NCBI RefSeq assembly: GCF_000737315.1
Contig: NZ_JMCB01000006.1
Location: 20,001-268,000 of the forward strand
Reading direction: 5' to 3'
DNA from: Hyalangium minutum
Lineage (GTDB): Bacteria > Myxococcota > Myxococcia > Myxococcales > Myxococcaceae
Length of the DNA stretch: 248,000 bases
This document shows positions 157,801 through 168,600 of the stretch, piece by piece. Both the position numbers and the translations under genes were made by a program. Numbering within the stretch: the first letter of the stretch is position 1; the number at the start of each line of letters is the position of its first letter. Below the pieces are notes generated by a model that searched no databases, was not told the origin of the DNA, and was given only the letters and a program-made list of their open reading frames with translations.

Positions 157801-158546
157801 CCCTGGTTGGTGCCAATCCACAGCGTGCCCTCGCGCGACAGCCACAGGCTGAGCACGTAGAGCGGCTTGATGGGAGACTCCCCCGGCGGCAGGAAGAGCA
157901 TGTCCACCGAGTCGTCGGTGATCCGCGCCAGCCCCTGGCCCGCTCCCACCCACGCGCCGCCCGAGCCATCCACGACGATGGGGCCCGTGCCTTTGACAGG
158001 CAGCCCCTCGTCCACCGAGTACCGCCGCCATGCCCTCTGCCCCGAGCTCGGCGCCCGCATCACCCCCAGCGGCGAGCTGATCCACACATCCTGGCCGTCC
158101 GCCGCCAGCCCGACGATGGGGACGTTGGCCAGCGCGGCGGCCTCGGGGGGGCGGCGCAGCTGTCCTCTCTCGTAGCGGAACAGTCCCTGGCTGGTGCCCA
158201 CCCACAGCACCGCCGCGTCGTCCTCGACCAGTGCGTGGATTTCGCGCTGCCCCATCTCCGGCGAGGTGCGCTGATCAAAGGTGGTGAAGCGCGTGCCGTC
158301 GAAGCGCGCCAGGCCCTCGTAGGTGCCGAACCACAGGTAGCCGTCGGCTGTCTGCTCAGCGCAGAGGACGGAGTTCTGCGGCAGGCCGTTCTCGCTGCGC
158401 CAGCTCTCGTGGTTGTACTGGGAGAGGCTCCGGCCCGGTTCGAGTGCGAAGCTGGGTGTACCGAGACCCAGCGCGAGGACGAACCACAGCCCGAGAAGCC
158501 TTCTCCCACCCCGCCGCCCCTGTCTCCTTGTTCCCATGGCGAGCAT
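154890..158546 (-). CDS. Two-component regulator propeller hybrid histidine kinase
   Basis: Reg_prop repeats D.DG.LWIGT, Y_Y_Y domain, GHEINNP, REC. Confidence 0.93.
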   Translation of the reverse strand: MLAMGTRRQGRRGGRRLLGLWFVLALGLGTPSFALEPGRSLSQYNHESWRSENGLPQNSVLCAEQTADGYLWFGTYEGLARFDGTRFTTFDQRTSPEMGQREIHALVEDDAAVLWVGTSQGLFRYERGQLRRPPEAAALANVPIVGLAADGQDVWISSPLGVMRAPSSGQRAWRRYSVDEGLPVKGTGPIVVDGSGGAWVGAGQGLARITDDSVDMLFLPPGESPIKPLYVLSLWLSREGTLWIGTNQGLLALREGQFTRYGPEQGMPNVAVGELREDRDGNLWIGTYQGLLRRTGETFSAVTASKELAHALVASLLEDRDGHLWIGTGTDGLHRLSNGPFIPIGAPEGSVLENVRMVLETPDGTLWMASNSQGLERMKDGVIRRVGAEEGLLEDRIRTLALGSDGALWVGTSSGAYYQQGGRFVPLGTESGMPPGAVIFAMVPEPDGDMWFSTSEGLAWLSNGRVTLYPPEKGTPADAATALVREESGVLWYGTKKGLVRFDRGTLTRFTTQEGLAGNVIMSLFVDAHGTLWVGTSTGLSRWKDGRFASVTAAQGLPDETIFNLLLDAEGFFWMSSNKGVSRVSRHELEAVADGKLPRVSGVLFDERDGMRAGECNAGLPSGWETRDGRMWFANLRGAMMVNTKDVRLRHSPPHPRIEEVRVQGQPVPLSGLLELEPEQQDVDIRFTAFVKEGAPRVQFRYMLEGHDRAWVEAEGRRVATYTRLPPGRYTFRVQAMDRTGNWVAPGAVLEVVLRAWFYQSAWFYGLCALGAGGMAAGIYAWRVGRLKRRERWLQARVEERTQELARANEELDANLRTLRATQVQLVQAGKMAAVGTLAAGVGHEINNPLSYIVSNLEHSCEETETLAQLAESSEPLRERLRDMHQVLREALMGADRVRRIVRDLKTFSRQDDDARGPVDLRAVMDSAAKMAAGELRPRAQLTREYAAEVPPVEGNEARLSQVFLNLIINAAQALPEGRPEQHEVRLVLKHGAQGEVVAEVRDTGCGIPPEVLGRIFDPFFTTKPVGVGTGLGLALCHAFVTSMGGRIEVESQVGKGTVFRVALPRSSSQLDRVQRSAPVQAGTVERGQVLVVDDDPLVSAALRRTLAKDHEVEVVVSARRALEMLCSPKAHYDVILCDLMMPEMTGMELYAQLVRAAPEQARRMVFITGGAYTPAAKEFLEQVSNPRVEKPFDPERLRELIREGVKRAHAGLTGQAA

Positions 158547-158700
158547 AGTGTCCAGCACAGAGGGCCCTCTCCGCAAAATAGGGGACAGGACAGCCCCCCT
158601 TGCCCCCCTATTCCCCGAGGCAGCGACGCTCTTCCCCCGGGGGGCCGCTGTGCGGACATGGGACCCCAGCGCTACAATCGCCCTCCGCCGAGGAGCCCCC

Positions 158701-159291
158701 ATGAGCCAAGCCGCCATCCTGTTGCAGGACCCCGCTCCCCCGAGCGTCCCCGAGGCGATCTCGAAGGGCCGCAGCACCCTCATCGGGTTCTCCACGCCGC
158801 GCCACTTCAACCCCGTCTCGTGGGTCGTCCGCCGCTTCACCAAGAGCGAGGCCAGCCACTGCTTCTTCCTCTACTGGGACGACGACTTCGAGTGCGACAT
158901 GGTGCTCGAGTCCCATGAGCTGGGCTTCCGGCTCATCACCTGGAAGCGCTTCGTGAAGAAGAACCGCATCATCGCGCTCGTGGAGCCGGCCCATCCGCTC
159001 GACAAGGGCTTCCTGCGGCTGGGCGAGTGGGTGGGCAGCGTGTACGACTTCGGCGGGCTGATCGGCCAGTCCGTGGTGCAGTTCGGACGCTTCCTGCAGC
159101 GCAAGTGGCGCAACCCGTTCCGGTCCTCGCGGGCCATGTTCTGCAGCGAGTCCATTGCTCGCTGCATGCAGTGGGCCGAGCACCCGGATGCCAAGAAGTT
159201 CTCTCCCAAGGAGACAGCGCCGCAGGACCTGCTCGTGTTCTACCGGGAGCCGGGCCGAGCGGTGCTCCTCGACATCCAGAAGTGGAAGTGA
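158701..159291 (+). CDS. Permuted papain-like NlpC/P60 (YiiX-like) protein
   Basis: His in SHCF precedes YDF and Cys in FCSE. Confidence 0.65.
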   Translation: MSQAAILLQDPAPPSVPEAISKGRSTLIGFSTPRHFNPVSWVVRRFTKSEASHCFFLYWDDDFECDMVLESHELGFRLITWKRFVKKNRIIALVEPAHPLDKGFLRLGEWVGSVYDFGGLIGQSVVQFGRFLQRKWRNPFRSSRAMFCSESIARCMQWAEHPDAKKFSPKETAPQDLLVFYREPGRAVLLDIQKWK

Positions 159292-159306
159292 GGTGTCTCG
159301 GCGGCT

Positions 159307-162084
159307 CTAGGGCTGCGGGACGATGACGAACGCCACACCCGGGAGGCTGAGGCCGGGCCCGGCGATGCGCAGGGTGCCTTCCACGCGCAGGATGTCCTGG
159401 GTGGACGGGTCCACCTGTTTGACGGTTCCGGTGATCTGCATGGCGTCGCCTACACCCGTGGGCGAGATGGGGATGGCGAAGGGCTGCATGCGCAGCGTGT
159501 CTCCATCCACGCGAGCCCAGACCTCCTGGCGCTGCTGAGCGCCGAAGCGCTGCGGGAGGATGCGCAGGGTGAGTCCTCCGGGCCTCGGCGCGTCGAGGGA
159601 CTCGAGCAGGAGGTCCACGGGCATTGTTCCCGAGGGCCCCGCCGGCACCTGAAGGGTCATCTTCATCGTCTTGCGCCACTGGCCTGAGGCGGGCTGGGCC
159701 ACAGTGAAGGAGGTGGAGCGCTCGCCCTCCAGCTCGCCTCCCGAGAGGAACGGCAAGCCTGGGCGTGCCCGGAAGGTGTAGCTCGCGCCGGGCGTGAGGG
159801 GCGCGGTGGGGACGAACTCGATGCGGCCTCCCTGGAGCTCCACGGTGCCGGGGACGTGCTGGCCCTGGGCGTCTTCGAGCACCACGTACTCAGCGGCCCA
159901 CTGCGCGGAGGTCTTCCCGGGCGTGCTGTCATCCACGGGCTCCGCGAAGGCCACGAACGGGCGGACGTCGGGGTACACACCTTGATTGCTGTCCGTGTCG
160001 GGCCAGATGCCGAGCGGTGCAGCACCCTTGGGCGTCAGCTCTCGGAGGAACTCGACGAGGTCCGCCCGCTCCTCGGAGGTGAGCGGCACCTGGACGTAGT
160101 CGAGCGCCACGTCCACCGCGTCCTCCAGCGTGCGGGCTTGTCCCTTCACGAAGTAGATACCGTGGCGGTAGGCGCCGAGCAGCGAGGGCACATCGGCGGG
160201 CTCGCCGGACTTGCCCTTCGGCAGGTAGGCCCGGCTGGTGTAGAGCGGCGGCACGTGGCAGCTGGCGCAGGTGGCCTTGTTCTCGAAGAGTGCCTTTCCG
160301 CGCAGGCCCGCTTCCGTGTAGCTGCCGTCGAGCCGGGTATGGCCCGTGGCCCTCGGGGCGCCGAGCAGCGACTCCAGGAAGGCCTCGAGCCCGAGCGCCT
160401 CCTGGGGCGTGACCGGTCTCGCGACGATGGACGAGGGCCCCTGGTAGCCGAAGTTGTCCGCGTTGGAGACGTAGGCTCCCCACTCGAGCGGAGTGGTGGC
160501 GGCCAGGAGCTGCAGCGGCCGGGCGTTGTGCCAGATGGACGGCCCGAAGCGCCAGATGAGCCCGTTGTTCTGCGTCTCGATGTGGCAGCTGGAGCAGGCG
160601 TGGTTCTGGGCGAAGCTGCCGCCTGGACGCGTGAAGACGCGCTCTCCGAGCGCCACGTCCGCCGGGCGGGGCTCCTCGGTGAGCTTCACGGTGGCACGCA
160701 CCTGGGCGTCCGCGCCGAGCACCCAGGCCTCGAAGGTCTGGAAGCAATGGACGGCCACGGTGCCCTGCGCATCGAGCGCCACGAGCTGCCGCGCGCCCGG
160801 CCCCACGGTGACGCGGGCCTTCTCAGCGAGCGTGGTCCGGTCGAGCGCCACCACGAGCTCGGAGGACTCGGCGGAGACCCACACGGTGTCCCCCACCACG
160901 AGCACACCCGCGGGGTTGACCACGTACCCGCCCGAGCCCGCCTGGCGCCACAGGTCCGCGCGCCGCAGGACCTGCCCGTAGCCAGGGCGCGCGGGATCGG
161001 CACCGACGACAACCACCTCGTGAACGAAGGGCTTGGCGTTGGCATCGGACTGGGAGGGCTCAGGGTCGCCATCGGTGGCGGCGATGAACAGCTCGGCGCC
161101 ATCGTCCGAGAGCGCGAGGGCGCGCAGATCGGCCGAGACGCCCTCCACCACGGTGTCCACCTTCAGCGTCTCGGTGTTGATGATGTGGACGTCCTGATCA
161201 TCCCCAGCCTTGTAGGTGCCGCGCGTGTCCTTGATGCGGTTGCCCGAGCGGTACGAGGCCACGAAGAGGCGCTTGCCCTCCGGAGACAGCACGAGGGCGC
161301 GCGGGTCGAAGCCGACGTCCACCCGGGCCACCACCTGGCGCTGCTCCAGGTCCACCACGGCCACCTGCCGCTGCGTGGCCAGGGACACGTAGAGGGTGCG
161401 GGCATCCGGAGAGAGCGCGAGGCCCGAGGGCTCGTCTCCGACCCAGAGCGCATCTTCCAGTACACCGCGCTCGCGGTGGATGAAGCCCACGGTGTCACTG
161501 CCTCGGTGGGCCACCAGGACGTAAGGCAGCGGGGCTCTCCACGCCAGGGCCGAGGGCCAGGCGCCCACGGTCACCTCGCCCACCTTGCTCCAGAGGCCAT
161601 TCACCTGGGAGATGCGCGACACCGTGTACGCAGCGCCGTTGGCGGTCCACAGCTCGTCGCCGACACGGGCGGCGCCGTACAGCGGGGTCAGGTAGTGGTT
161701 GCGGAAGCGCTCCGCCGGGGAGCGGGCGACGACGTGGAGCGAGAGCCGGGAGTTGTCCATCTCGCCCAAGCGGAAGGTGTAGTCGCCGGGGACGTCCGGA
161801 GTGAAGCGCGGCTGGGGACTGCCCTTCGAGTGGACGGTGTTGGCGCTGCCCTCCGGAGCCGAGAGGACCTGCCACTCGAGGGTGGAGGGGCACTCGTCTT
161901 TCTGGAGGACAGCGGGCAGGTAGAAGGTCTCGCCCAGGGTGTGTGAGCGGGGATTCTGGAGTGGGAGCGGAGCCTCGGCGCAGAGCGGCTCGGACTTCGG
162001 GGGCGCGTCGTCGTCGTCACAAGCTCCCAGGCTGAAGACGAGGGCCGCGGCGGCACAGAGCGGAATCACGATGCGGACTTTCAT
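159307..162084 (-). CDS. Beta-propeller plus di-heme cytochrome c (peroxidase-like) lipoprotein
   Basis: YncE-like repeats, CSSCH and CASCH, Big_5-like domain. Confidence 0.8.
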   Translation of the reverse strand: MKVRIVIPLCAAAALVFSLGACDDDDAPPKSEPLCAEAPLPLQNPRSHTLGETFYLPAVLQKDECPSTLEWQVLSAPEGSANTVHSKGSPQPRFTPDVPGDYTFRLGEMDNSRLSLHVVARSPAERFRNHYLTPLYGAARVGDELWTANGAAYTVSRISQVNGLWSKVGEVTVGAWPSALAWRAPLPYVLVAHRGSDTVGFIHRERGVLEDALWVGDEPSGLALSPDARTLYVSLATQRQVAVVDLEQRQVVARVDVGFDPRALVLSPEGKRLFVASYRSGNRIKDTRGTYKAGDDQDVHIINTETLKVDTVVEGVSADLRALALSDDGAELFIAATDGDPEPSQSDANAKPFVHEVVVVGADPARPGYGQVLRRADLWRQAGSGGYVVNPAGVLVVGDTVWVSAESSELVVALDRTTLAEKARVTVGPGARQLVALDAQGTVAVHCFQTFEAWVLGADAQVRATVKLTEEPRPADVALGERVFTRPGGSFAQNHACSSCHIETQNNGLIWRFGPSIWHNARPLQLLAATTPLEWGAYVSNADNFGYQGPSSIVARPVTPQEALGLEAFLESLLGAPRATGHTRLDGSYTEAGLRGKALFENKATCASCHVPPLYTSRAYLPKGKSGEPADVPSLLGAYRHGIYFVKGQARTLEDAVDVALDYVQVPLTSEERADLVEFLRELTPKGAAPLGIWPDTDSNQGVYPDVRPFVAFAEPVDDSTPGKTSAQWAAEYVVLEDAQGQHVPGTVELQGGRIEFVPTAPLTPGASYTFRARPGLPFLSGGELEGERSTSFTVAQPASGQWRKTMKMTLQVPAGPSGTMPVDLLLESLDAPRPGGLTLRILPQRFGAQQRQEVWARVDGDTLRMQPFAIPISPTGVGDAMQITGTVKQVDPSTQDILRVEGTLRIAGPGLSLPGVAFVIVPQP

Positions 162085-162181
162085 GGCGGCCCCTGCCATA
162101 AGAATCGGGCTCCGCCCCCGCCAACCTCCCGTTGCAGCCACAGTTGGCCTGAGGCCTCGCGTCCCATTATGAACAGGCCTC

Positions 162182-162547
162182 ATGCACATGAATCGACAGT
162201 GGATCGTGTCCCTCCTGGCCTGCCTCTTCCTCGCGGCGTGCTTCCCCAAGGCGGGGACGGTGCCTGGGCCTTTGTCTTCGGCGGGCCTCGAGAGCGCCCA
162301 GGCCCGGTGGCCCGGCACATCGGCCGAGGAACTCGAGCAGGGGCGTCAGCTCTTCTTGAACCACTGCAACTCCTGTCACTCCTATCCGGATCGCACCGCG
162401 TACAGCGAGGCGGAGTGGCCAGGACTGGCCCGGCGGATGGGAAAGAAGGCGGATCTAAAGGAAGCGGAGAGCGAGCTCGTGCTCCGCTTCATCCTGGCGA
162501 ACCGCTCCGAGCCGGCCGCTGCTCCGGAAGCCCCGGCCGCCCGCTGA
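162182..162547 (+). CDS. Monoheme cytochrome c lipoprotein
   Basis: Lipobox LAAC, CNSCH, W...RM. Confidence 0.8.
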   Translation: MHMNRQWIVSLLACLFLAACFPKAGTVPGPLSSAGLESAQARWPGTSAEELEQGRQLFLNHCNSCHSYPDRTAYSEAEWPGLARRMGKKADLKEAESELVLRFILANRSEPAAAPEAPAAR

Positions 162548-163972
162548 TCAGCGCACGGCCAGGGTCCGGCTGCGCCAGTCGGCGGTGCTCCAGCGCTGGA
162601 AGGTGCCCGAGTCTTGGGGGCGCCCGGCGGTCTTCTCGGGCATGAGCGTCTCGCGCTTGAGCACCTGGAAGGAGGACTGGATCTTCCCCTCCACGAGCAC
162701 CTCGCGCGCCACCAGCACCCGCGAGCCATCCGGGGTGAAGCCCGCCAGCTCCACGTAGCCCACGCCCGGCTCCGTCGTCGCGGGCGAGAGCGCGTCCAGC
162801 AGCCACCCGTCGCCTTCCTGGTGGAAGACCCACAGCTCCGTCCACCCTTCCAGGAGCTGCACCGCAACGGTGACAACTGTGCCCTGCGGCGACTGGCGGA
162901 GGGAGCCCGGCCACACCAGCCCATAGGTGCAGCGCTCCGCCAGAGGAGAAGCGGGGGCCTTCGGGTTGGCCGAGGCCTTCGTCGGATCCATCAGGCGCAG
163001 GCAGGTCTCCCCGGGCCGTCCCTGGGTCAGCTCGAGCCGAGGGCCTGCGCCGGGCTTCTCCGGAACCGGCACTGACGCCCAGCGCGAGGCCGCCACCCGG
163101 ACTGCCGCTACCGCGTAGGCGGAGCGATCCTCGTCCGCCAGCTCTGACTTCAGCACCCGCGCCAGCTCCTCCACAGAGCGCTCGCTCGCCTTCGCTCCCC
163201 GCACGGCCTCGCCCCGGCGGGTCCATTGGTAGGCCAGCGAGGCGTACACTTCGGCGCGCCGCAGATGGAGGCGATTGGCCTGCCACGCGGGGAGCTGAGC
163301 GGAGTCCACCTGTTCCAGGACGCCACTGCGCCACTCGTCGACGGCCTGGCGCTCCACCTGGCTCAAGGCGGGGTCCATGCACTCGGGCCGCGTCAGTGCG
163401 AGCGCCGCCCGGAGCCGCGCCTCGGGACTGCCGCCCATCCCGAGCACCCGGCGGAAGGCCTCGCCGTCGTAGCAGATGCGGGTTCGGCCTTCCTGCTCGA
163501 TGCTGAGGAGCTTCACGCCATAGCTGGCGGCCACGTCCAGGTGCGCGGCCAGGGTCTCGTCATTGGACTTCTTGGAGGAGGCCCGCCGGGCCAACCGGTC
163601 CGCCAGGGTGCCCATGGCATCGAAGAGCTCCGGGCCCACCTGCGAGGGGTTGGCCGCGCGCAGCAGCGCCGCCGTGTAGCCGATTCCCAGCGCCTCGGCG
163701 CCCGAGGTGTCCCGGAGGAACTCCACCACCGCCTGGAGCCGGGGCACGCTGGCCTCGTCCAGGGTGTAGACGCGGACCTGCTGCTGACGGATGTAGCCGG
163801 GGCGCTCCCGGCGGTGGTCATAGACCTGGAGGAAGCCCTGGCGCTCCCCTCGGACTTCGAGCCACTCGCCCTGCCAGAGCGTGGCCTGGCGGGTGGCGGA
163901 GTCCTGCGGGGCGGCGCGCAGGGGCGTCTGGTCCTGCACCACCAGCGCGAGCGTGAGAATCGTGGCGAGCAT
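162548..163972 (-). CDS. Secreted hypothetical protein with SH3-like N-terminus
   Basis: Signal peptide, LRAAP..LWQGEWLEV..RPGYI. Confidence 0.7.
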   Translation of the reverse strand: MLATILTLALVVQDQTPLRAAPQDSATRQATLWQGEWLEVRGERQGFLQVYDHRRERPGYIRQQQVRVYTLDEASVPRLQAVVEFLRDTSGAEALGIGYTAALLRAANPSQVGPELFDAMGTLADRLARRASSKKSNDETLAAHLDVAASYGVKLLSIEQEGRTRICYDGEAFRRVLGMGGSPEARLRAALALTRPECMDPALSQVERQAVDEWRSGVLEQVDSAQLPAWQANRLHLRRAEVYASLAYQWTRRGEAVRGAKASERSVEELARVLKSELADEDRSAYAVAAVRVAASRWASVPVPEKPGAGPRLELTQGRPGETCLRLMDPTKASANPKAPASPLAERCTYGLVWPGSLRQSPQGTVVTVAVQLLEGWTELWVFHQEGDGWLLDALSPATTEPGVGYVELAGFTPDGSRVLVAREVLVEGKIQSSFQVLKRETLMPEKTAGRPQDSGTFQRWSTADWRSRTLAVR

Positions 163973-163987
163973 GGCGGGGCGCTCCTG

Positions 163988-165301
163988 TCAGTACTCGCTC
164001 TGGGAGTTCTCGGAGCCGGACTCGGACTCTGACGGGCCTCCCGAGTGCGACGCCGACGCGGCGGGGGCGTTCGCGTACGAGGGCGCGGGGGGTTGCTGGC
164101 CGAGGAGGCCGCTGGCGAAGAACCCTCCCACCTGAGGCGGGGCGATGATGACCTGGATCTTGTCGGACAGCTTGTCAGCGAGGGTCTTCTGGATGAGGAG
164201 GGGGTTCTTGCTGATGAGGCTGGCGTCGCGGGCGAGCTGCTCGGAGGCGGCCTTGCCCGTCACCTCGACGCGGTAGGCATCGGACTCGGCGAGCTTGCGG
164301 CGGGCGTCGGCTTCTCCTGCGGCCTCGATGCGGCGAGCCTCGGCCTCGGCGCTGGCTTGGGTGAGGCGGCTGACCTTGGAGGCCTCGGCCTCCAGGCGGC
164401 GCTGTTCGATCTCCTTCTCCTTGAAGGGGAGGACGTGGCGCATGGCCTCGGCCTTGGCCTTGGCGGCGATGATCTCCTCGCTGGCGGCGGCCTCGGCGGC
164501 CTTCTCTCGGCGGACCTTCTCAGCCTCGGCGCTGAGGGCCGACTCCTTGATTTGCTTCTCCTTGAGCTCCAGCGTGTAGCGCATCTTCTCGGCGCTCAGC
164601 TCCTCGGCGAGCAGTGACTCCAGGCCCTGGCGGTACCGCTGGGGCAGGTCGACGTTGCCCAGGGTGATCGAGCGCAGGAGGACGCCATCGGCGGCCAGCA
164701 GGGGGCCAATCTCATCGGTGAGGGCCTTTTGGATCTCCCTGCGCTGGGTGGAGAAGATCTCCCGAACTGTGTGCTGGGCGAAGTGGCGGCGGAGCACGCC
164801 GTCGATGACGGGCTCGACGATCTCCCGGCCCACATCCTCCGGCATGGAGGCGGCCAGGGAGGCAACGCGAGACGGCTCGAGCGCGTAGCGGATGGTCACT
164901 TCGATGCCGATGGACAGGCCCTCCGCGGACTGGAAGGGGGCGGCGCCCTCGGCCTGGGTGCTGCGGCTGGGCTGGAAGACCTGGTCCTTCAAGCTATAGA
165001 GGTGGAGCCGGTGGACGTGGGGCACGAGCAGGGCCCAGCCCTCGCGCAGCTCCTGGCTGTTGCCGGTGAGCAGGTTCATCCGGATGCCCACCTGACCGGG
165101 CTCGATGAGGGTGACGGGGCGGGTGGAGACGGCCATGGCCACGAGGCCGGTCACCGTCAGCCCGGTGGCGATGCGGCGGCCGCGCGAGGTGAAGATGAGC
165201 CAGCGGACCTGACTGACTCCTGCGCCCGCGACGGCGCGGACTCCGAAGACGCTCTGCTTGATGACTGCACTCAGCTTCTCTTTGACGTTCTGCCAGTTCA
165301 T
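163988..165301 (-). CDS. SPFH/prohibitin domain membrane protein
   Basis: IEPGQVGI, SAEGLSI, coiled-coil tail. Confidence 0.88.
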   Translation of the reverse strand: MNWQNVKEKLSAVIKQSVFGVRAVAGAGVSQVRWLIFTSRGRRIATGLTVTGLVAMAVSTRPVTLIEPGQVGIRMNLLTGNSQELREGWALLVPHVHRLHLYSLKDQVFQPSRSTQAEGAAPFQSAEGLSIGIEVTIRYALEPSRVASLAASMPEDVGREIVEPVIDGVLRRHFAQHTVREIFSTQRREIQKALTDEIGPLLAADGVLLRSITLGNVDLPQRYRQGLESLLAEELSAEKMRYTLELKEKQIKESALSAEAEKVRREKAAEAAASEEIIAAKAKAEAMRHVLPFKEKEIEQRRLEAEASKVSRLTQASAEAEARRIEAAGEADARRKLAESDAYRVEVTGKAASEQLARDASLISKNPLLIQKTLADKLSDKIQVIIAPPQVGGFFASGLLGQQPPAPSYANAPAASASHSGGPSESESGSENSQSEY

Positions 165302-165619
165302 TGGTGGTTGCCCTCTCCCGCGAGGGAAGGGCAATGCATGAGAGATACCCACCGCGTGGGCGGAGCGTGCCGGACGTGGGCGCTCGGAGCGCGTGAGGCG
165401 CGTGGCTGCGTGGACTCAAGCACTGTGGCTGGCGTGGCTCAGTGCCGCGCGCGGGTGCGTCCGGCAGACCGCGCTTCCAGCGCGGAGGGGGCTCACGCCA
165501 TGTCAAAAAATGCGAGTGAACTGGCGTGTGCTCTTGGCGGTCCTGGGTGGGCTCCTCCTGTCCGCGCACCCAGCAGCAACCCTGGATGTGCCAGACCGAC
165601 CTGTAAGCTCTAACCCGCC

Positions 165620-168600
165620 TCAGCCCTTCTTCCCGTCATCGCCCCCGCCCGGGGCAGCGGCGCGCACCACCGTCTCCGCGTTGAAGTCCTCGGGCTTCAC
165701 CGCTCGGAGGCCCGACGAGGACAGCCGCGAGCTCGCCTTGCGCCAGTACTCGCGCGGCGGCAGCCGCTCCACCTTGGGGCTTGGCCGCGGCCAGAAGTCA
165801 CACTCGGTCAGCCCCAGCCGCTTCACCAGCACCTGCCGCTCCTCGTAGATCCGCGCCGCCCCCGCCACATCCCCCAGTTCCTCCAGCGCCTCCGCGTACC
165901 GCTGCAGCGAGGGAATCGAGTTGCTCAGGTTCTCCACCGCCCGCAGCCGCATCAGCGCCTCATCCCCCTTCGCCCACACCTCCTCTATAGGACCTCCAGC
166001 GAGCGCCTGCAGGTGCGCCAGTCCGATGAGGGACAGCGGCCCGGCCTGCTCATCCGTCGCCCCGGCGCTCGCCAGCTCCAGCCCCTTCTCGTACGCGGCC
166101 TTCGCCTCGATGTGCCGGCCCGCCACGAACTCCACATCCCCCAGGTACGCGTAGGACAGACACAGCCCATGGGTGGTGCCCTGCTGCCGCGCCAGCCCCA
166201 GCGCATGCACCAGCAGGTGCCGCGCCCGATCCAGCTGCCCCACATGGAACTGGTGCCGCCCCGCGTAGGCCGTGCCCATGCACAGGTACAGCCCCGTAAT
166301 ATGGTGGGCCTCGGTGAAGGCGAGCAGCTCCGCGCTGCGCTGCACCCCCTCGTCCCAGCGGAACTCCGCCTCTGCGATGGCCGCGTAACAGAAGGTGGAA
166401 GCCGCCATCCGCACCGGGTTGCCCAGCCTCAAGGCAATGCGCGCCGCCGACGCCGCGTACTCCCGGGCCCGCTTGAACTCGCCGCCATATGCCAGCCCCA
166501 ACGCGAGCATCCCCTCGGCGTGCGTCTGCTCCACATACTCCCCCGCCTCCGCCGACTGCTGCGCCACCTCCGTGAGCATGGAGATGGAGGGCCCGAACCG
166601 CCCCCACCCCGACAGCGCTCTCCCCATGATGCTCAACGGAGCATGGAGGTAGGAGCGCAGGTTCGGCTCCATGGCCGCCTCCAAGCACAGCTCGCTGTAC
166701 TCCAGCGCCTTCGGGAAGTTGCCCTGCGCGTAGTACGCGCCCGCCCACGAGCTGTTGAGCGCCGCCTGCTGCTCCATCGTGGGGTCCTGCAGCAGCGCCT
166801 GCCCCTGCTCCAGGTACCGGAGCATCTCCACCGCACTGCCCAGCAAGCACCCGATGCGCACCAGCCAATACAAGGAGCGCACCAGCACCTCATCCCGCTC
166901 GGCCGAGGGAGGCTGAGCACTGGCCACGGTGAACGCCTTGCGCAGGTGCTGGTTGGCGCCGATGGGGTCCAACAACCGGTCCGCCTCCAGCCCTGCCTCC
167001 AGGTACGCACTGGCCGCCCGCACCGGCTGGCCCGCCTTCTCCCAGTGGTAGCCCTGCGTCCCCGGCGGGGCCTTGCGCTGCTGCAGCCGCTCGCCGATGC
167101 GCCGGTGGATGTCCTGCACGTTCTCCAGCCGCCCATCCGCCGCCAGCCGCTCGCGCAGCGTGTCATGCGCGAAGGTGCACCGGTCCCCCGCCACCACCAG
167201 CAGCCGCGCCTCCTCCGCCTCGGTGATGGCGGTGTGCACCTCTAGAGGAGAGAACAGCCCCAGCGCCTCCAGGTCCGACAGCCGGAACCGCCGGTCGAAG
167301 AGCGCGGCCACCCGCAGGACCTTCAGCACCCGCTCGTCCAGCCGCTCCAGCGCGCGCCCCACCACCGTGGAGACGGAGTCCGGAGGCCGGTACTCCCCAC
167401 TCAACCGGTCTGACAACCGGACACGCCCATCCGCCTCCCGGCTGAGGTAGTTCCCCAGCTGCAAGTCTCGAATGATCTGCGCGGCGACCAGCGGGTTGCC
167501 ACTGGCCAGGAACGGCACGGCCTGGACCAGGGCCTTCACCACGGCCGGGCTGGCGCCCCCCGCAAGCTGCGCCAGGAGCTGGCCGTTCTCCAGAGAGCTG
167601 AGCGCATCCAGGGTGAGCATCTCCAGCTCGCCGGTCTGCGCCAGGCGCGGCGGCGGCCGGGTGGTCGCCAGCAGCAGCACACCGGGAGGAGGGGCGGCGC
167701 TGATCCGCGAGAGCACGGCCAGGGTGCCCTCGTCCGCCGAGTGCACATCCTCCAGCACCAGCACCATCGGCCGCGCGGTACCAACGGCGGTGAGCAGGTG
167801 CATCAGCGCCTTGCCCACCCGCTCCGGCCCGAGCCCCTGGACGAGCACGCCCTCGGTGTCGCGCTCGGCGCCCTCCGGCAGCAGGCGGCTCAGCTCCGGC
167901 ACCAGCCGCCGCAGCTCCTGGGCCTCGCCCGCGAGCGCCTGCCCCGCCAGATGGCGCACCCGGTGCCCAGGCTCGCTGCGGATGCCCAGCAGCACCTCCA
168001 CCAGCTGCCCCAGCGCCTCGCGCAGCGGAGAGCACGGCACCAGCTCGCCCAGCTGCCGGCAGCGGCCGTACGTCACCAGCACCCGGGCGCTCACCTCGGG
168101 CGAGAGCAGCACCTCGGAGATGAGGCGGCTCTTCCCAATGCCGGCCTCGCCCACCACCATGAGCGCGCGGCCCTGGCGATCTCCCACCGAGTCCACCGCC
168201 TCGCGCAGCAGGGCCACCTCGCGAGCGCGGCCGACGAACGGCGCATTGTCCGAGGAGACCATCTCCGGAGGCAGGGGAGGCGGCGCCCAGTCGCTGGTGT
168301 TGCCGTGGAGCAGCTCGAAGTAGAGCCCCTTCAGGCGGCTGGCCAGCTGGCTCGCGCCGCCAAACCGGTGCGCCACGTCCGGCGCCAGCAGGGAGCGCAC
168401 CAGCGCCGCCACCGGGGGAGGCACCAAGGGCGCCACCTGCTCCAGCGGCGTCATCTTCCCCGCCCGCTTGAGCGAGCCCAGCGCCGCGTACGAGGCGTTG
168501 GTGGGGAACGGCAGGATGCACGCGAGCATCTCGTACAGCAGCGTCCCCAGGGAGAAGAGGTCCGCCTTCTCGGAGAACTCGCCCGTGCCGAAGAAGCACT

